From Alphaproteobacteria bacterium (GTDB lineage Bacteria; Pseudomonadota; Alphaproteobacteria; MPNO01), in NCBI GenBank assembly GCA_965248835.1, contig CBDFLJ010000002.1, positions 2,528,001 to 2,592,000 on the forward strand: a stretch of 64,000 bases of DNA, in the 5' to 3' direction. Below the pieces are notes generated by a model. That model did not search any database. It had not been told where the DNA came from and was given only the letters and a program-made list of their open reading frames with translations. Each line of letters begins with the position of its first letter. The stretch's first letter is position 1. Position numbers and translations under genes: made by a program. Below, piece after piece: positions 20,682 through 30,706 of this stretch.

Positions 20682-21403
20682 TTCTCGATCCAGGGGCGCA
20701 GGTCCATCTCGAAGGCCCAGGCATCGCGCGGCTGGACATGGAGCTGCCAGTAGGACTCGGCGATGTGGTCGGGATCGATGATCCCGTCCTGTTCCTTCAG
20801 GGCGTAGCGGTCGGGAAAATTGTCGCGGATGAAGGCGGTGTCGATCGCCCCGTCGATGACCACATGGGCGACGTGGATGTTGCTGGGCGCAAGCTCGCGC
20901 GCCATCGACTGGGCGAGCGCGCGCAACGCCCCCTTGGCGCCGGCGAAGGCCGCGAACCGGGCCGCCCCGCGCACGCTGGCGGTGGCGCCGGTGAAGATGA
21001 TCGTGCCGCGGCCGCGCGGTTCCATCCGCCGCGCCGCCTCGCGCCCGCACAGAAAGCCTGCGAAACAAGCCAGCTCCCACATCTTGAAGTAACGCCGCGC
21101 GGTCTCCTCCAGGATTCCGGACGGCGAGTTGGCCCCGATGTTGAAGACCAACACCTCGATCGGGCCGATCTCCGCCTCGATGCGCTCGAACATGGCCACG
21201 ACCTGGTCTTCCTGGCGGGCATCGCATCCGAAGGGATGAACAATGCCGCCATCCTCGGCGATGGCGCGGACCAGCGGCTCGAGCCGATCAGCCTTGCGCC
21301 GGGCGACACAGGTCGCATAGCCGCCGCGCGCGAACCGCCGCGCGACAGCGCCGCCGGTCGCATCGCCGGCCCCGACCACCAGGGCAACCGGATCAGACGG
21401 CAT
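20675..21403 (-). CDS. SDR family oxidoreductase
   Basis: VVGAGDATGG, FTGATASVRG, IHVAHVVIDG, DLRPWIEKW. Confidence 0.88.
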   Translation of the reverse strand: MPSDPVALVVGAGDATGGAVARRFARGGYATCVARRKADRLEPLVRAIAEDGGIVHPFGCDARQEDQVVAMFERIEAEIGPIEVLVFNIGANSPSGILEETARRYFKMWELACFAGFLCGREAARRMEPRGRGTIIFTGATASVRGAARFAAFAGAKGALRALAQSMARELAPSNIHVAHVVIDGAIDTAFIRDNFPDRYALKEQDGIIDPDHIAESYWQLHVQPRDAWAFEMDLRPWIEKW

Positions 21404-21504
21404 GCTCTGTTCACCTCATGCAGGTAACGTGGGCAGAGTTTGCGCCGGATCGCCCTTCGGAGCTAGTGTTCGGCGCCAGGAATCGGTCGACGGGAGCGCG
21501 AAGC

Positions 21505-22152
21505 ATGACGAAGAGTGGCGTGACACTGTGGGGCATCGGCACGCCACGCACCCACCGCCCGCAATGGCTCGCCCGCGAGCTCGGCATCGATTACGACCTT
21601 GCGCGCATCGGACCGCGGACCGGCGAGACCAAGACGCCGGAATATCTCGCCATCAACCCACGCCACAAGGTGCCGGCGATGACCCACGGCGAGGTGATCC
21701 TGACCGAGAGCGTCACGATCATGAGCTACCTGAGCGAAGTCTTCCCGGTGCCGGATCACTTCTTCGTACCGGCGACGACGATCGAGCGCGCCAAGGTCCA
21801 GGAATGGTGCTTCTTCCTGATGTCGGAGATCGACGCCAATTCGATCTACACGATCCGTCGGCACAAATACCTCAAGGATGTCTACGGCGACGCGCCGCTC
21901 GCCGTCGCCGCGGCCGGCGAATACTTCGTCCATCAGATCGAGACGATGGAGGAGCGTTTTCGGGCCGCCGGCGATTTCCTGATGGGCGAGAAGATCAGCA
22001 TCGCGGACATTCTGTTCGTCACCTGCCTCGACAGCGCGATCAACTACAAGCTGCCGGTGCCCGATTACCTGATGGCCTATTACGACCAGCTCGCCGCGCG
22101 GCCGGCCTATGTCGAGACCAAGGCGGAGAACCGCGATGACCGGCCCGCTTGA
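21505..22152 (+). CDS. Glutathione S-transferase family protein
   Basis: YLAINPRHKVP, LTES, GEKISIADI. Confidence 0.85.
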   Translation: MTKSGVTLWGIGTPRTHRPQWLARELGIDYDLARIGPRTGETKTPEYLAINPRHKVPAMTHGEVILTESVTIMSYLSEVFPVPDHFFVPATTIERAKVQEWCFFLMSEIDANSIYTIRRHKYLKDVYGDAPLAVAAAGEYFVHQIETMEERFRAAGDFLMGEKISIADILFVTCLDSAINYKLPVPDYLMAYYDQLAARPAYVETKAENRDDRPA

Positions 22153-23335
22153 GGGGATCCGCGTGCTCGACCTGACGACCATGGTCTCCGGGCCGGTGGC
22201 AACGATGATGCTGGCCGACCAGGGCGCCGACGTCATCAAGATCGAATCGCCTTCCGGCGACATCATGCGGCGGACCGGCCATAAGCACCGCGGCATGTCG
22301 GCCTCGTTCCTGTCGTGCAACCGCTCCAAACGATCGCTCGCGGTCGACCTCAAGACCGGGGACGGGCTCGAGCTCGTCCGGAAACTCGCCGCGACCGCCG
22401 ACGTCCTGGTGCAGAACTTCCGGCCCGGCGCCATCGAGCGCATGGGCCTGGGCGAGGATGTGGTCCGCGCGCTCCGGCCCGACATCGTCTTCGTCTCGAT
22501 CAGCGGGTTCGGCGAGACCGGGCCCTATGCGCACCAGCGGGTCTATGACGGCGTCATCCAGGCGCTTTGCGGCCTCAACGACATCCAGGCCGACCGCGAC
22601 ACCGGCCGGCCCCGCATGGTGCGGACGATCATCCCCGACAAGACCACCTCGGTCACCGCCGCCCAGGCGATCACCGCGGCCCTGTTCGCGCGCGAGCGCA
22701 CCGGCAAGGGCCAGCACGTCCGGCTCTCGATGCTGGATACCATGGTGGCTTTTCTGTGGCCCGAGGGAAGCTCCTCGCTGTCGTTCGTCGGCAACGAGGC
22801 CGACCCTGCCAGCGGCCAATCCGCGCCCGACCTGGTGTTTGCGACCGCCGACGGATACATCACCGCAGGCGCGGTCTCGGACGCCGAATGGGCCGGCATG
22901 TGCAGGGCCTTCGGCCGCGAGGACCTGATCGAGGACGAGCGCTTTCGTACCGCTTCCGCGCGGGTCCAGCACGTCCCGGAGCGCCGCACGATCATGACCG
23001 AAGAGATCGCCAAGTGGCCAAGCGCGGAGATCCTCGCCCGGCTCGACGCCCAGTGCGTGCCTGCGGCACCGGTGCTCTCGCGCACCGAGGTGATCGAGGA
23101 CCCCCAAGTCGTCGAGAGCCGGACGATCGAGATCCACGACGACCCGGTCCTCGGTGCGGTCCGCCAGCCCCGCCCGGCCGCCCGCTTCGAGGCGACTCCT
23201 TCTGCCATTCGGGCGATGGCGCCCTATCTCGGCGCCGACAACGAAGCCATCCTGGCCGAGCTCGGATATGGCACCGAGGAGATCGAACGGCTGCACCAGA
23301 CCGGGACCCTCCGTAGCGAGCGCCCGGCCGCCTGA
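22136..23335 (+). CDS. CaiB/BaiF family CoA transferase
   Basis: GPLEGIRVLDLT, LADQGADVIKIE, NRSKRS, QNFRPG, ISGFGETGPY. Confidence 0.92.
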   Translation: MTGPLEGIRVLDLTTMVSGPVATMMLADQGADVIKIESPSGDIMRRTGHKHRGMSASFLSCNRSKRSLAVDLKTGDGLELVRKLAATADVLVQNFRPGAIERMGLGEDVVRALRPDIVFVSISGFGETGPYAHQRVYDGVIQALCGLNDIQADRDTGRPRMVRTIIPDKTTSVTAAQAITAALFARERTGKGQHVRLSMLDTMVAFLWPEGSSSLSFVGNEADPASGQSAPDLVFATADGYITAGAVSDAEWAGMCRAFGREDLIEDERFRTASARVQHVPERRTIMTEEIAKWPSAEILARLDAQCVPAAPVLSRTEVIEDPQVVESRTIEIHDDPVLGAVRQPRPAARFEATPSAIRAMAPYLGADNEAILAELGYGTEEIERLHQTGTLRSERPAA

Positions 23336-23344
23336 GCAGGGCGG

Positions 23345-23890
23345 CTATTTGTGGCGGCGGTGGCCCATACCGCCGTCGCCCATACCGCCGTGGCCGCGCG
23401 CGGCCACGGCGCGGACGACCACCGGCACGGTGACCGCGCCCGCCTTCTCGAAGGTGAGCGTCAGCGGGAACCGCTCCCCCTCCTTGAGCGGCGTGTGCAG
23501 GCCCATCAGCATCACATGCTCACCGCCGGGCCGGAGCATTGTCGCCGCCCCCGGTTGCACCGGCACGGCATCGATGCGGCGCATCCGCATCACGTTGTCC
23601 GTCGTCATGTGGGTGTGCAGTTCGGCCCGCCGGGCAACCGGCGCGGAGACGGCAACCAGGCGGTCCGCGCCCGTCCCGGTGTTCCGGATCGTCACGAACG
23701 CGGCGCCGGCCGTGGCCATGCCGGCGCTGGCCCGCGCCCATGCGGCCTCGACCGCGATCGGACCGGAAATGGCACGGCCGTGCATTTCCGCCGCCGCGGC
23801 CGGGACGATGTGCGCGGCCGGCCGGAGTATCAGCACGAACAGCGCGAATGCCGCAGCCATCGACCGGAGCGGCAACGTCAGCGGGTTCAC
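23345..23890 (-). CDS. Copper chaperone PCu(A)C
   Basis: Signal-like N-terminus, AWARA, ELH..MRMR..PGGEHVML, His/Met-rich tail; GTG overlaps upstream TGA (GTGA). Confidence 0.88.
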   Translation of the reverse strand: MNPLTLPLRSMAAAFALFVLILRPAAHIVPAAAAEMHGRAISGPIAVEAAWARASAGMATAGAAFVTIRNTGTGADRLVAVSAPVARRAELHTHMTTDNVMRMRRIDAVPVQPGAATMLRPGGEHVMLMGLHTPLKEGERFPLTLTFEKAGAVTVPVVVRAVAARGHGGMGDGGMGHRRHK

Positions 23891-26205
23891 CGTCTGGCGG
23901 CCTCGATCAGGGCGACGATCTTGGGCGGCGTTACCGGATAGTCGGTCACCTTGACGCCGAAGGGCGACAGCGCGTCCTCGATCCCGGCAACGACGGCCGC
24001 CGCCGCCGGCACCGTGCCGCATTCGCCGACGCCTTTGACACCCAGCGGGTTGAGCGGCGAGGGCGTCTCTTCGAAGTGGAGGTCGAGCCGGGTCAGCTCG
24101 CTTGCGGTCGGCATCACGTAGTCGGCCAGGGTCGTCGTCAACGGCTGCCCGGCCTCGTCGTAGCCCATCCATTCATACAGCGCGTTGCCGATGCCGTGGA
24201 CCACCCCGCCGGTCACCTGACCGTCGACCAGCATCGGGTTGACCATTCGGCCGCAGTCGCTGACCACCACGTAGCGGTTGAAGGAGACCGCGCCGGTCTC
24301 GACATCGACCTCGACCTCCACCGCATGCACGCCGTTGGAATAGGCCAGCCCGGAAGGCTTGAAGTTGACGTTGGCCTCCAGCCCCGCCTCGACGCCCTCG
24401 GGCAGCGAATAGCCGGGCACGCCCGAGGCGGCCTCGGCGACCTCGCTCATCGGCACCGACAGGTCCGGCGCGCCGGCGACGCGGATCCGGCCGTCGACGA
24501 TCTCCAGATCCTCGGGCGCGGCCTCCAGCATGTGGGCGGCGAGTTTGAGGACCTTCTCGCGCACCTCGCGGGCGGCGAGGTGGACCGAGGAGCCCGCGGT
24601 CACGGTCTGGCGGCTGGCGAACCCGCCGAGCCCAAGGGCGACCGTCGCGGTGTCGCCGCACACGACCTCGATCTCGGCCGGGTCGACGCCGACCTGCTCG
24701 GCAGCGATCTGGGCGAGGATAGTCTTCAGCCCCTGGCCGATCGCGAGCGCTCCGGTGAAGACCTTCACCCGGCCGGAGCGCTCGATCCGCACGATGCCGG
24801 ACTCGAACGGCCCGCGCCCGGTGCCCTTGAGTCCGTTGGCAAGCCCGAGCCCGAGATAGCGCCCTTCCGCCCGCGCGGCAGCCTGGCGTGCAGCGAACGA
24901 GCCCGCCTCAACCGCATCGAGCGCGATCGCCTGGCATTTCGGGTAGTCGCCGCTGTCGGCCTTCACCGGCGTGCCGGCCCGGGTCTTGAGCGGCATCTCG
25001 TAGGGCATCGCCTCGGGCGGGATCAGGTTGCGCCGGCGGATCTCGCCGCGGTCCATGCCGAGCCCGGCGGCGGCCGCATCGAGCAGCCGCTCGATCACGT
25101 AATTGCCCTCCGGATAACCGGCGCCGCGCACCGGCATCGCCGGCACGGCGTTGGTCTCGACCACCTTCACGGCGATCTCCAGGGCCGGCACGATGTAGGC
25201 ACCCGGCACCGAGGTCGAGGCGTTGTAGGCCAGATTGATGCCCTGGGGCGTGTATGCGCCCTGGTCCTGCAGCATCGTGCCGCGTACCCCCAGCACCCTG
25301 CCCTCGCCGTCGACGGCGATCTCCATGTCCCAGAACTGCTCGCGTTCCTGGATCGAGGCCACGAAATGCTCGCGCCGGTCTTCGATCCACTTGACCGGGC
25401 GGTCGAGCAGCCTGGCTGCGACGGCCAGCACCAGCTCCTCGCAATACATCAGGTACTTGGCGCCGAACCCGCCGCCGACGTCGGGCGCCACGACGCGGAT
25501 CCGGGCCTCTTCGCTGCCCAACATCCTGACCAGCCCGGCGCGGACCTCGTGGGACATCTGGGTCGAGGACCACAGCGTCAGACGGTCCTCGACGGCATCG
25601 TAGCGTGCGATCGCGCCGCGCCCCTCGATCGAATGGGCGCCGCCGCGGTGCTGGGTATAGGTCGCGCGCGCCACATAGGCGGCGCGTTCGAAGGCCGCCG
25701 CGCACTCGCCGTAGGACTGGTCGAACTCGACCAGGACGTTGCTGGGCCGCTCTGTATGGACCGGCGGGGCGTCCGAAGCGGCGGCTGCGCGGCAACCGGC
25801 GACCGAGGGCAGCGGGTCGTAGTCGACCTCGACCAGGGCTGCGCCGTCCTCGGCCAGATAGCGGCTGGCAGCGATGACCACTGCGACCGCCTCGCCGACA
25901 TGGCAGACCTCGGTGTCCGACAGCACGTAGGGCGTGACGTCCTCGGGAAGCTGGTTGGTGCGGAACCCCAGCGGCAGGCGCGATGCGGTCAAATGCGGCA
26001 GGAGATCGGCAAGGGTGTAGACCGCGTGGACCCCGGCCGCCGCCTTGGCCGCTTCGCTGTCGATGGCACCCACCCTGGCGTGGGGATGGGGCGAGCGCAC
26101 GAAGACCGCGTGCAACGTGCCGGGGATATGGATGTCATCGACGAACCGCGCTTTGCCGCGCAGCATTGCCGGGTCTTCGATCCTGCGGACCCGCTGTCCG
26201 ATCAT
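23887..26205 (-). CDS. Xanthine dehydrogenase family molybdopterin-binding large subunit (CoxL/CutL-like), no adjacent partners
   Basis: RSPHPHA, DVGGGFGAK, PVRGAGYPE, GQG, NPMLVDGQVTGG, GVKGVGE. Confidence 0.9.
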   Translation of the reverse strand: MIGQRVRRIEDPAMLRGKARFVDDIHIPGTLHAVFVRSPHPHARVGAIDSEAAKAAAGVHAVYTLADLLPHLTASRLPLGFRTNQLPEDVTPYVLSDTEVCHVGEAVAVVIAASRYLAEDGAALVEVDYDPLPSVAGCRAAAASDAPPVHTERPSNVLVEFDQSYGECAAAFERAAYVARATYTQHRGGAHSIEGRGAIARYDAVEDRLTLWSSTQMSHEVRAGLVRMLGSEEARIRVVAPDVGGGFGAKYLMYCEELVLAVAARLLDRPVKWIEDRREHFVASIQEREQFWDMEIAVDGEGRVLGVRGTMLQDQGAYTPQGINLAYNASTSVPGAYIVPALEIAVKVVETNAVPAMPVRGAGYPEGNYVIERLLDAAAAGLGMDRGEIRRRNLIPPEAMPYEMPLKTRAGTPVKADSGDYPKCQAIALDAVEAGSFAARQAAARAEGRYLGLGLANGLKGTGRGPFESGIVRIERSGRVKVFTGALAIGQGLKTILAQIAAEQVGVDPAEIEVVCGDTATVALGLGGFASRQTVTAGSSVHLAAREVREKVLKLAAHMLEAAPEDLEIVDGRIRVAGAPDLSVPMSEVAEAASGVPGYSLPEGVEAGLEANVNFKPSGLAYSNGVHAVEVEVDVETGAVSFNRYVVVSDCGRMVNPMLVDGQVTGGVVHGIGNALYEWMGYDEAGQPLTTTLADYVMPTASELTRLDLHFEETPSPLNPLGVKGVGECGTVPAAAAVVAGIEDALSPFGVKVTDYPVTPPKIVALIEAARR

Positions 26206-26218
26206 CGGAGCGGGCCGC

Positions 26219-26761
26219 TCAGGCGCTCTTCAGGTGGGCGTCGCGCCGCTGGAACAGCGCCTCGTCGGCATAGCCCATGGTCTCGGGCCGAGCGCGGCCG
26301 AGCATCACCTGGAAGTAGACCGGCTCCAGGCTGTCGTTGACGTAGCCGTGCACGACGCCCGGCGGGCAGGCCGCGCACTCCCACGGACCCAGCCGCCTGG
26401 AGATCTTCTCGCCGGTCTTCTCGTCCTCGAAGAAGACGGTCAGCATCCCCTGCAGGACAAAGAAGATCTCCTCGACCTCATGGGTGTGCGCGGCATTGCC
26501 CTGGCCGGGTTCGACATACATGATCGACAGGGTGAACCCGCGCGGCGGGATGGCGCCGTCCTCGCCGTCCTCGCCGTGCTTGCCCGAGCCGCCGGCGCCG
26601 ATGAAGCGGTGCTGGGCGCGCCTGTAGCCGTCGATCCTGGCATCCTCGAAAGCCTCCCAGTCCGGCGTGATCTCGCGAAAGCACCGCACATAGCGCTCGG
26701 CGATGTCGCGGATCGGGACGTCGACCAGTTCCGGCGGACGATCATGGCGGGCGACGCTCAT
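26219..26761 (-). CDS. Cupin domain protein
   Basis: PGQGNAAHTHEVEEIFFVLQG, PPGVVHGY. Confidence 0.82.
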   Translation of the reverse strand: MSVARHDRPPELVDVPIRDIAERYVRCFREITPDWEAFEDARIDGYRRAQHRFIGAGGSGKHGEDGEDGAIPPRGFTLSIMYVEPGQGNAAHTHEVEEIFFVLQGMLTVFFEDEKTGEKISRRLGPWECAACPPGVVHGYVNDSLEPVYFQVMLGRARPETMGYADEALFQRRDAHLKSA

Positions 26762-27016
26762 CGGGATTTTCCTTCGGCTCGTTGGATCGGGCGGCCTGCG
26801 CCCGCGCCGATGATGGCACCGCGCGGTCGGACCGACAATGCCCTGCACTCTGCACCAGGTCATGCCGGGCCGGGCGTTCGGCAATTGCGGATATTGTGCG
26901 GACGGCCGTGGATTGCTACCGTCTGTTCGAAACGTGCGACTTCACGGGCGCATCGCGCCCCGGCACGCAACCAGGACCGTCCGCGCGCAAGGCGGTCGAT
27001 ATCAGGTGGAGGCACC

Positions 27017-28129
27017 ATGGCACAGGACAAACGCGACATAAGCTCAAAGACCCCCACGCGCCGGTCGTTCCTCGCCGGGACGACCGGGCTCGGCCTCATT
27101 CTCGCAACGGGCACCGCGCCCGCGTTCATCCGGGAAGCCGGTGCATCGAAGATGCGCAAGGTCTCCTTCATGCTGCCCTGGCTGTTCGTCGGCGGGCATG
27201 CCTTCGAGTTCGCCGCACAGAAGCTCTATTGGAAGAAGCGCGGTCTCGACGTCTCGATCACCCGCGGCTACGGCTCCGGCGCGGCCTGCAAGACGATCTC
27301 CGCCGGCAAAGCGATGTTCGGCGAGGCGAGCTACGGCGTGATGGTCAACGGCGTGTCCAAGGGACTCGATGCCGTCGCCATCGGCGCCAAGCTGCAGCGC
27401 AGCCCGATCGCGATCTCCTGCCGGCGCGATTCCGGCATCCGCACCGCGAAGGACCTGGAGGGCAGACGCATCGTCCAGGCCGCGGCCTCGGGCGACACGG
27501 TGATGTTCCCGGGCTTCGTCAAGGCCGCGGGCATCGATCGGCCGAAGATCAACCAGACCATCGTCCATCCGTCCAAGCTGATCTCGACGGTGGTCAACAA
27601 GCAGGCCGACTGCTGCGGCTCCTACTACGTCTCCAACGCGGCCACGCTGGCCCACAAGACGCCGGCGATCCACTTCATGTACGCCGACTTCGGGCTGCAG
27701 ACCCTCGATCTCGGGCTGATCACCCGCTCGGACATGATCAAGAACGACCCGCAGCTGGTCCAGGACATGGTCGATGGCGGCATGGAGGGGCTCAAGCTGC
27801 AGATCCTGGAGCCCGAGAAGTGCCTGGACATCATGATCGAGGCCAAGCCGGAGCTGAAGACCCTAGACAAGCAGCTCCTTCTGACCCATGCCGGCAATAC
27901 CAACGCGCTCTCGCTCGGTCCGGCGGTGAAGGAGCACGGCCTCGGCTACATGTCCGAATCAGACCAGACCAAGACCCGAGACGTGGTCATCAAGTACATG
28001 GAAGCCAAGAACGTTCCGCCGATCGGCGCGCTGTTCACCAACCGCTTCGCAGGCAACATCAAGTTTTCGGCGAGCGAGTGGGAAACCGCGAACCGCATCA
28101 ACGCCAAGTTCGCTCCGGCCAAGACCTGA
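27017..28129 (+). CDS. ABC transporter substrate-binding protein, NMT1/THI5/TauA type, Tat signal
   Basis: TRRSFL Tat motif, KRGLDVSITRGYGS, IRTAKDLEGRRI; SD GGAGG. Confidence 0.85.
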   Translation: MAQDKRDISSKTPTRRSFLAGTTGLGLILATGTAPAFIREAGASKMRKVSFMLPWLFVGGHAFEFAAQKLYWKKRGLDVSITRGYGSGAACKTISAGKAMFGEASYGVMVNGVSKGLDAVAIGAKLQRSPIAISCRRDSGIRTAKDLEGRRIVQAAASGDTVMFPGFVKAAGIDRPKINQTIVHPSKLISTVVNKQADCCGSYYVSNAATLAHKTPAIHFMYADFGLQTLDLGLITRSDMIKNDPQLVQDMVDGGMEGLKLQILEPEKCLDIMIEAKPELKTLDKQLLLTHAGNTNALSLGPAVKEHGLGYMSESDQTKTRDVVIKYMEAKNVPPIGALFTNRFAGNIKFSASEWETANRINAKFAPAKT

Positions 28130-28215
28130 TCCGGACGCCGCGATCTCCGGATCGCACCCACAAGCCGTAAGGACCGGCCCGCCTCCGTGAGGAGGCGGGC
28201 CGGGTGCTGCGCTCC

Positions 28216-28980
28216 ATGGCCGATAAACCGATCCACGTCGATATCAGCGCGCTCCGCAAGATCTACCAGACAAGGCGCGAGGAGATCGAAGCGATCCGCA
28301 ATGTCGACATGGCGGTCTCCGAGGGCGAGTTCGTGTCGATCCTCGGCCCCAGCGGCTGCGGCAAGTCGACGCTGCTCATGGCGGTCGGCGGCCTGTTGCC
28401 GATCAGCGCGGGCTCGATCACGATCCACGAGGAGCATGTCACCGGGCCCCGGCCGGATACCGGGGTCGTCTTCCAGTCGCCGGTGCTGATGCCCTGGCGG
28501 ACGATCGAGCGCAACGTCCTGTTCCCGATCGAGAGCCTCGGGCTCAAGCTCGCCGACTACAGGGCCCATGCCGAAGAGCTGCTGAGCATGACCGGGCTGG
28601 ACGGCTTCGCCGAGAACTTCCCGGCCGAGCTGTCGGGCGGCATGCAGCAGCGCGTGGCGATATGCCGTGCGCTGATCCACAACCCGAGCCTGCTGTTGAT
28701 GGACGAGCCGTTCAGCGCACTCGATGCGATGACCCGCGATCAGATGAACCAGGAACTCCTGCGGATCTGGCAGGAATTCCAGAAGACGGTCCTGTTCGTC
28801 ACCCATTCGATCCGCGAGGCGGTCTTCCTGTCCGACCGGGTGTTCGTGATGTCGCCGCGGCCGGCGGTGATCAGCAAGGTCGTCGACATCGACCTGCCCC
28901 GTCCGCGCACGCTGGAGATCGAGGAGACGCCGGAATTCAACGTCTATGTCGCCGGCCTGCGCAAGGCGATCGAAGGCTGA
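28216..28980 (+). CDS. ABC transporter ATP-binding protein (TauB/SsuB type)
   Basis: GPSGCGKST, LSGGMQQR, LMDEPFSALD, FVTHS. Confidence 0.93.
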   Translation: MADKPIHVDISALRKIYQTRREEIEAIRNVDMAVSEGEFVSILGPSGCGKSTLLMAVGGLLPISAGSITIHEEHVTGPRPDTGVVFQSPVLMPWRTIERNVLFPIESLGLKLADYRAHAEELLSMTGLDGFAENFPAELSGGMQQRVAICRALIHNPSLLLMDEPFSALDAMTRDQMNQELLRIWQEFQKTVLFVTHSIREAVFLSDRVFVMSPRPAVISKVVDIDLPRPRTLEIEETPEFNVYVAGLRKAIEG

Positions 28981-28994
28981 GCGAAGGGGAACCG

Positions 28995-29801
28995 ATGGCC
29001 ACCAACCTCGACACCGAAGAAACGGGATGGGTTGCCAAGTTCGCCGCCCAGGTGACGAACCTTACACCTGCGGTGGTGATCTCGATCATGATCCTGGTGC
29101 TGTGGCAGGTCCTGGTGGTGATCCTCAAGATCCCCGAGGCGATTCTGCCGACGCCGACGCGCATCTTCGACGTGATGATCGAACGCCGCGAGCTGTTGCT
29201 CCAGCACACCTGGCCCACCACCGAGCAATGCATCTACGGCTTCCTGCTGGCGGTCGTGGTCGGCGTCGGGCTCGGGATCATGCTCGCCTTCTCGCGGCTG
29301 TTCCGGGTCGGCGTCTATCCGCTGGTCATCGCCTTCCAGGTAGTGCCGAAGGTCGCACTGGCCCCCCTGTTCATCGTCTGGTTCGGGCTGGGGACCACCT
29401 CGCGCGTGCTGCTCGCTTTCGTGATCGCCTTCTTCCCGATGGTGGTGAACACCTATGCCGGGATCCAGAGCACCGACCCGGTGATGATCCGCATGGCGCG
29501 CTCGTTCAGCGCCAGCCGGTGGACCATCTTCTCCAAGATCGAGTTCCCGACGGCGCTGCCCTACATCTTCTCCGGGCTCAAGATCGGCATCACCTTTGCC
29601 GTGATCGGCATCATCGTGGCGGAGTTCGTGACCGCTCAGGAGGGGCTGGGCTATCTGATCGTGTTTTCCGAGGGCAATGTCGATACACCGATGCTGATGG
29701 CCGCGATCATCGTCTTGAGCGTCGTCGGCGTGATCCTTTACGCGCTCATCATCTGGCTCGAGAAGCTCATCATCCGCTGGGATGTCGGCCAGAAGTTCTG
29801 A
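28995..29801 (+). CDS. ABC transporter permease (TauC/SsuC type)
   Basis: VPKVALAPLFIVWFG, PTALPYIFSGLK, AEFV..GLG; multiple TM segments. Confidence 0.92.
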   Translation: MATNLDTEETGWVAKFAAQVTNLTPAVVISIMILVLWQVLVVILKIPEAILPTPTRIFDVMIERRELLLQHTWPTTEQCIYGFLLAVVVGVGLGIMLAFSRLFRVGVYPLVIAFQVVPKVALAPLFIVWFGLGTTSRVLLAFVIAFFPMVVNTYAGIQSTDPVMIRMARSFSASRWTIFSKIEFPTALPYIFSGLKIGITFAVIGIIVAEFVTAQEGLGYLIVFSEGNVDTPMLMAAIIVLSVVGVILYALIIWLEKLIIRWDVGQKF

Positions 29802-29827
29802 GCCCGCACCGTGCCCGGGAGGCCGTG

Positions 29828-30706
29828 TTGAAGCCGCCGAAGTTCGACTATTTCGCACCCGAGACGCTGGAGGAGGCCCTGGACCTGCTGTCCCGGCACG
29901 GGGCGGATGCCAAGGTTCTGGCCGGTGGCCAGAGCCTGATGCCGATGCTCAATTTCCGCCTCGCCCGGCCGGCGGTGCTGATCGACCTCAACCGCATCCC
30001 GGGTCTCGCCGGGATCGACAACGGCGGCGGGACGATCAGGATCGGCGCGATGACCCGCCAGCGCGACATCGAGGAGTCCGAGATCGTGGCGCACGCCGCG
30101 CCGCTGCTGCATGAGGCCACGCGCCACATCGCGCATCTGCCGATCCGCACGCGCGGGACCATCGGCGGCAGCATCGCCAACGCCGACCCGGCGGCCGAGG
30201 ACCCGGCGGTGGCCGTGGCGCTCGATGCAACGATGATCTGCCGCAGCACGCGGGGCGAGCGGCGGATCGAGGCGGCCGGGTTCTTTCGTGACGTGCTGAC
30301 CACCGCGCTCGAGGCCGACGAAATCCTCACCGGCGTCGAATTTCCCGCGCGAGTCGGCTCGGACACCGGATCGGCGTTCGCCGAGATCAGCCGGCGCGAG
30401 GGCGATTTCGCGCTCGCCGGGGTCGCCGCGCAGATCACCTTTGCCGACGGCAAGGTCGGCGAGGCGCGCATCGCCGGATGCGGGATCGGCCCGGCACCGA
30501 TGCGGATCGCCGAGGCGGAAGCGGCACTCCTCGGATCGACCGCCGATGCGGCCGCGATCGCCGCCGGCGCCCGAGCCGTTGCCGAGGCGGCCGATCCGCA
30601 CGGTGACGTCCACGCCAGCGCGGACTACCGCCGCAAGCTCGCCGGCGCCATCGCTGCCCGCGCGATCGCGACCGCGGCCCGGCGCGCATCCGGAGCGGAA
30701 CAATGA
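29828..30706 (+). CDS. Molybdenum hydroxylase FAD-binding medium subunit (CoxM-like)
   Basis: KPPKFDY, LAGGQSLMPMLNFRL, RTRGTIGGS..ADPAAE, GDFA. Confidence 0.92.
   Translation: MKPPKFDYFAPETLEEALDLLSRHGADAKVLAGGQSLMPMLNFRLARPAVLIDLNRIPGLAGIDNGGGTIRIGAMTRQRDIEESEIVAHAAPLLHEATRHIAHLPIRTRGTIGGSIANADPAAEDPAVAVALDATMICRSTRGERRIEAAGFFRDVLTTALEADEILTGVEFPARVGSDTGSAFAEISRREGDFALAGVAAQITFADGKVGEARIAGCGIGPAPMRIAEAEAALLGSTADAAAIAAGARAVAEAADPHGDVHASADYRRKLAGAIAARAIATAARRASGAEQ

Noticed and set aside
23365-26580. Short in-frame tandem duplications (15 bp in PCuAC tail, 9 bp GED repeat in cupin)
   Set aside because: Frame-preserving low-complexity loops with only 2-3 copies; no sign of phase variation
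26762-27016. TPP or other riboswitch upstream of the NMT1/THI5-type transporter
   Set aside because: No CTGAGA or other TPP core motifs visible; the gap is a divergent promoter region
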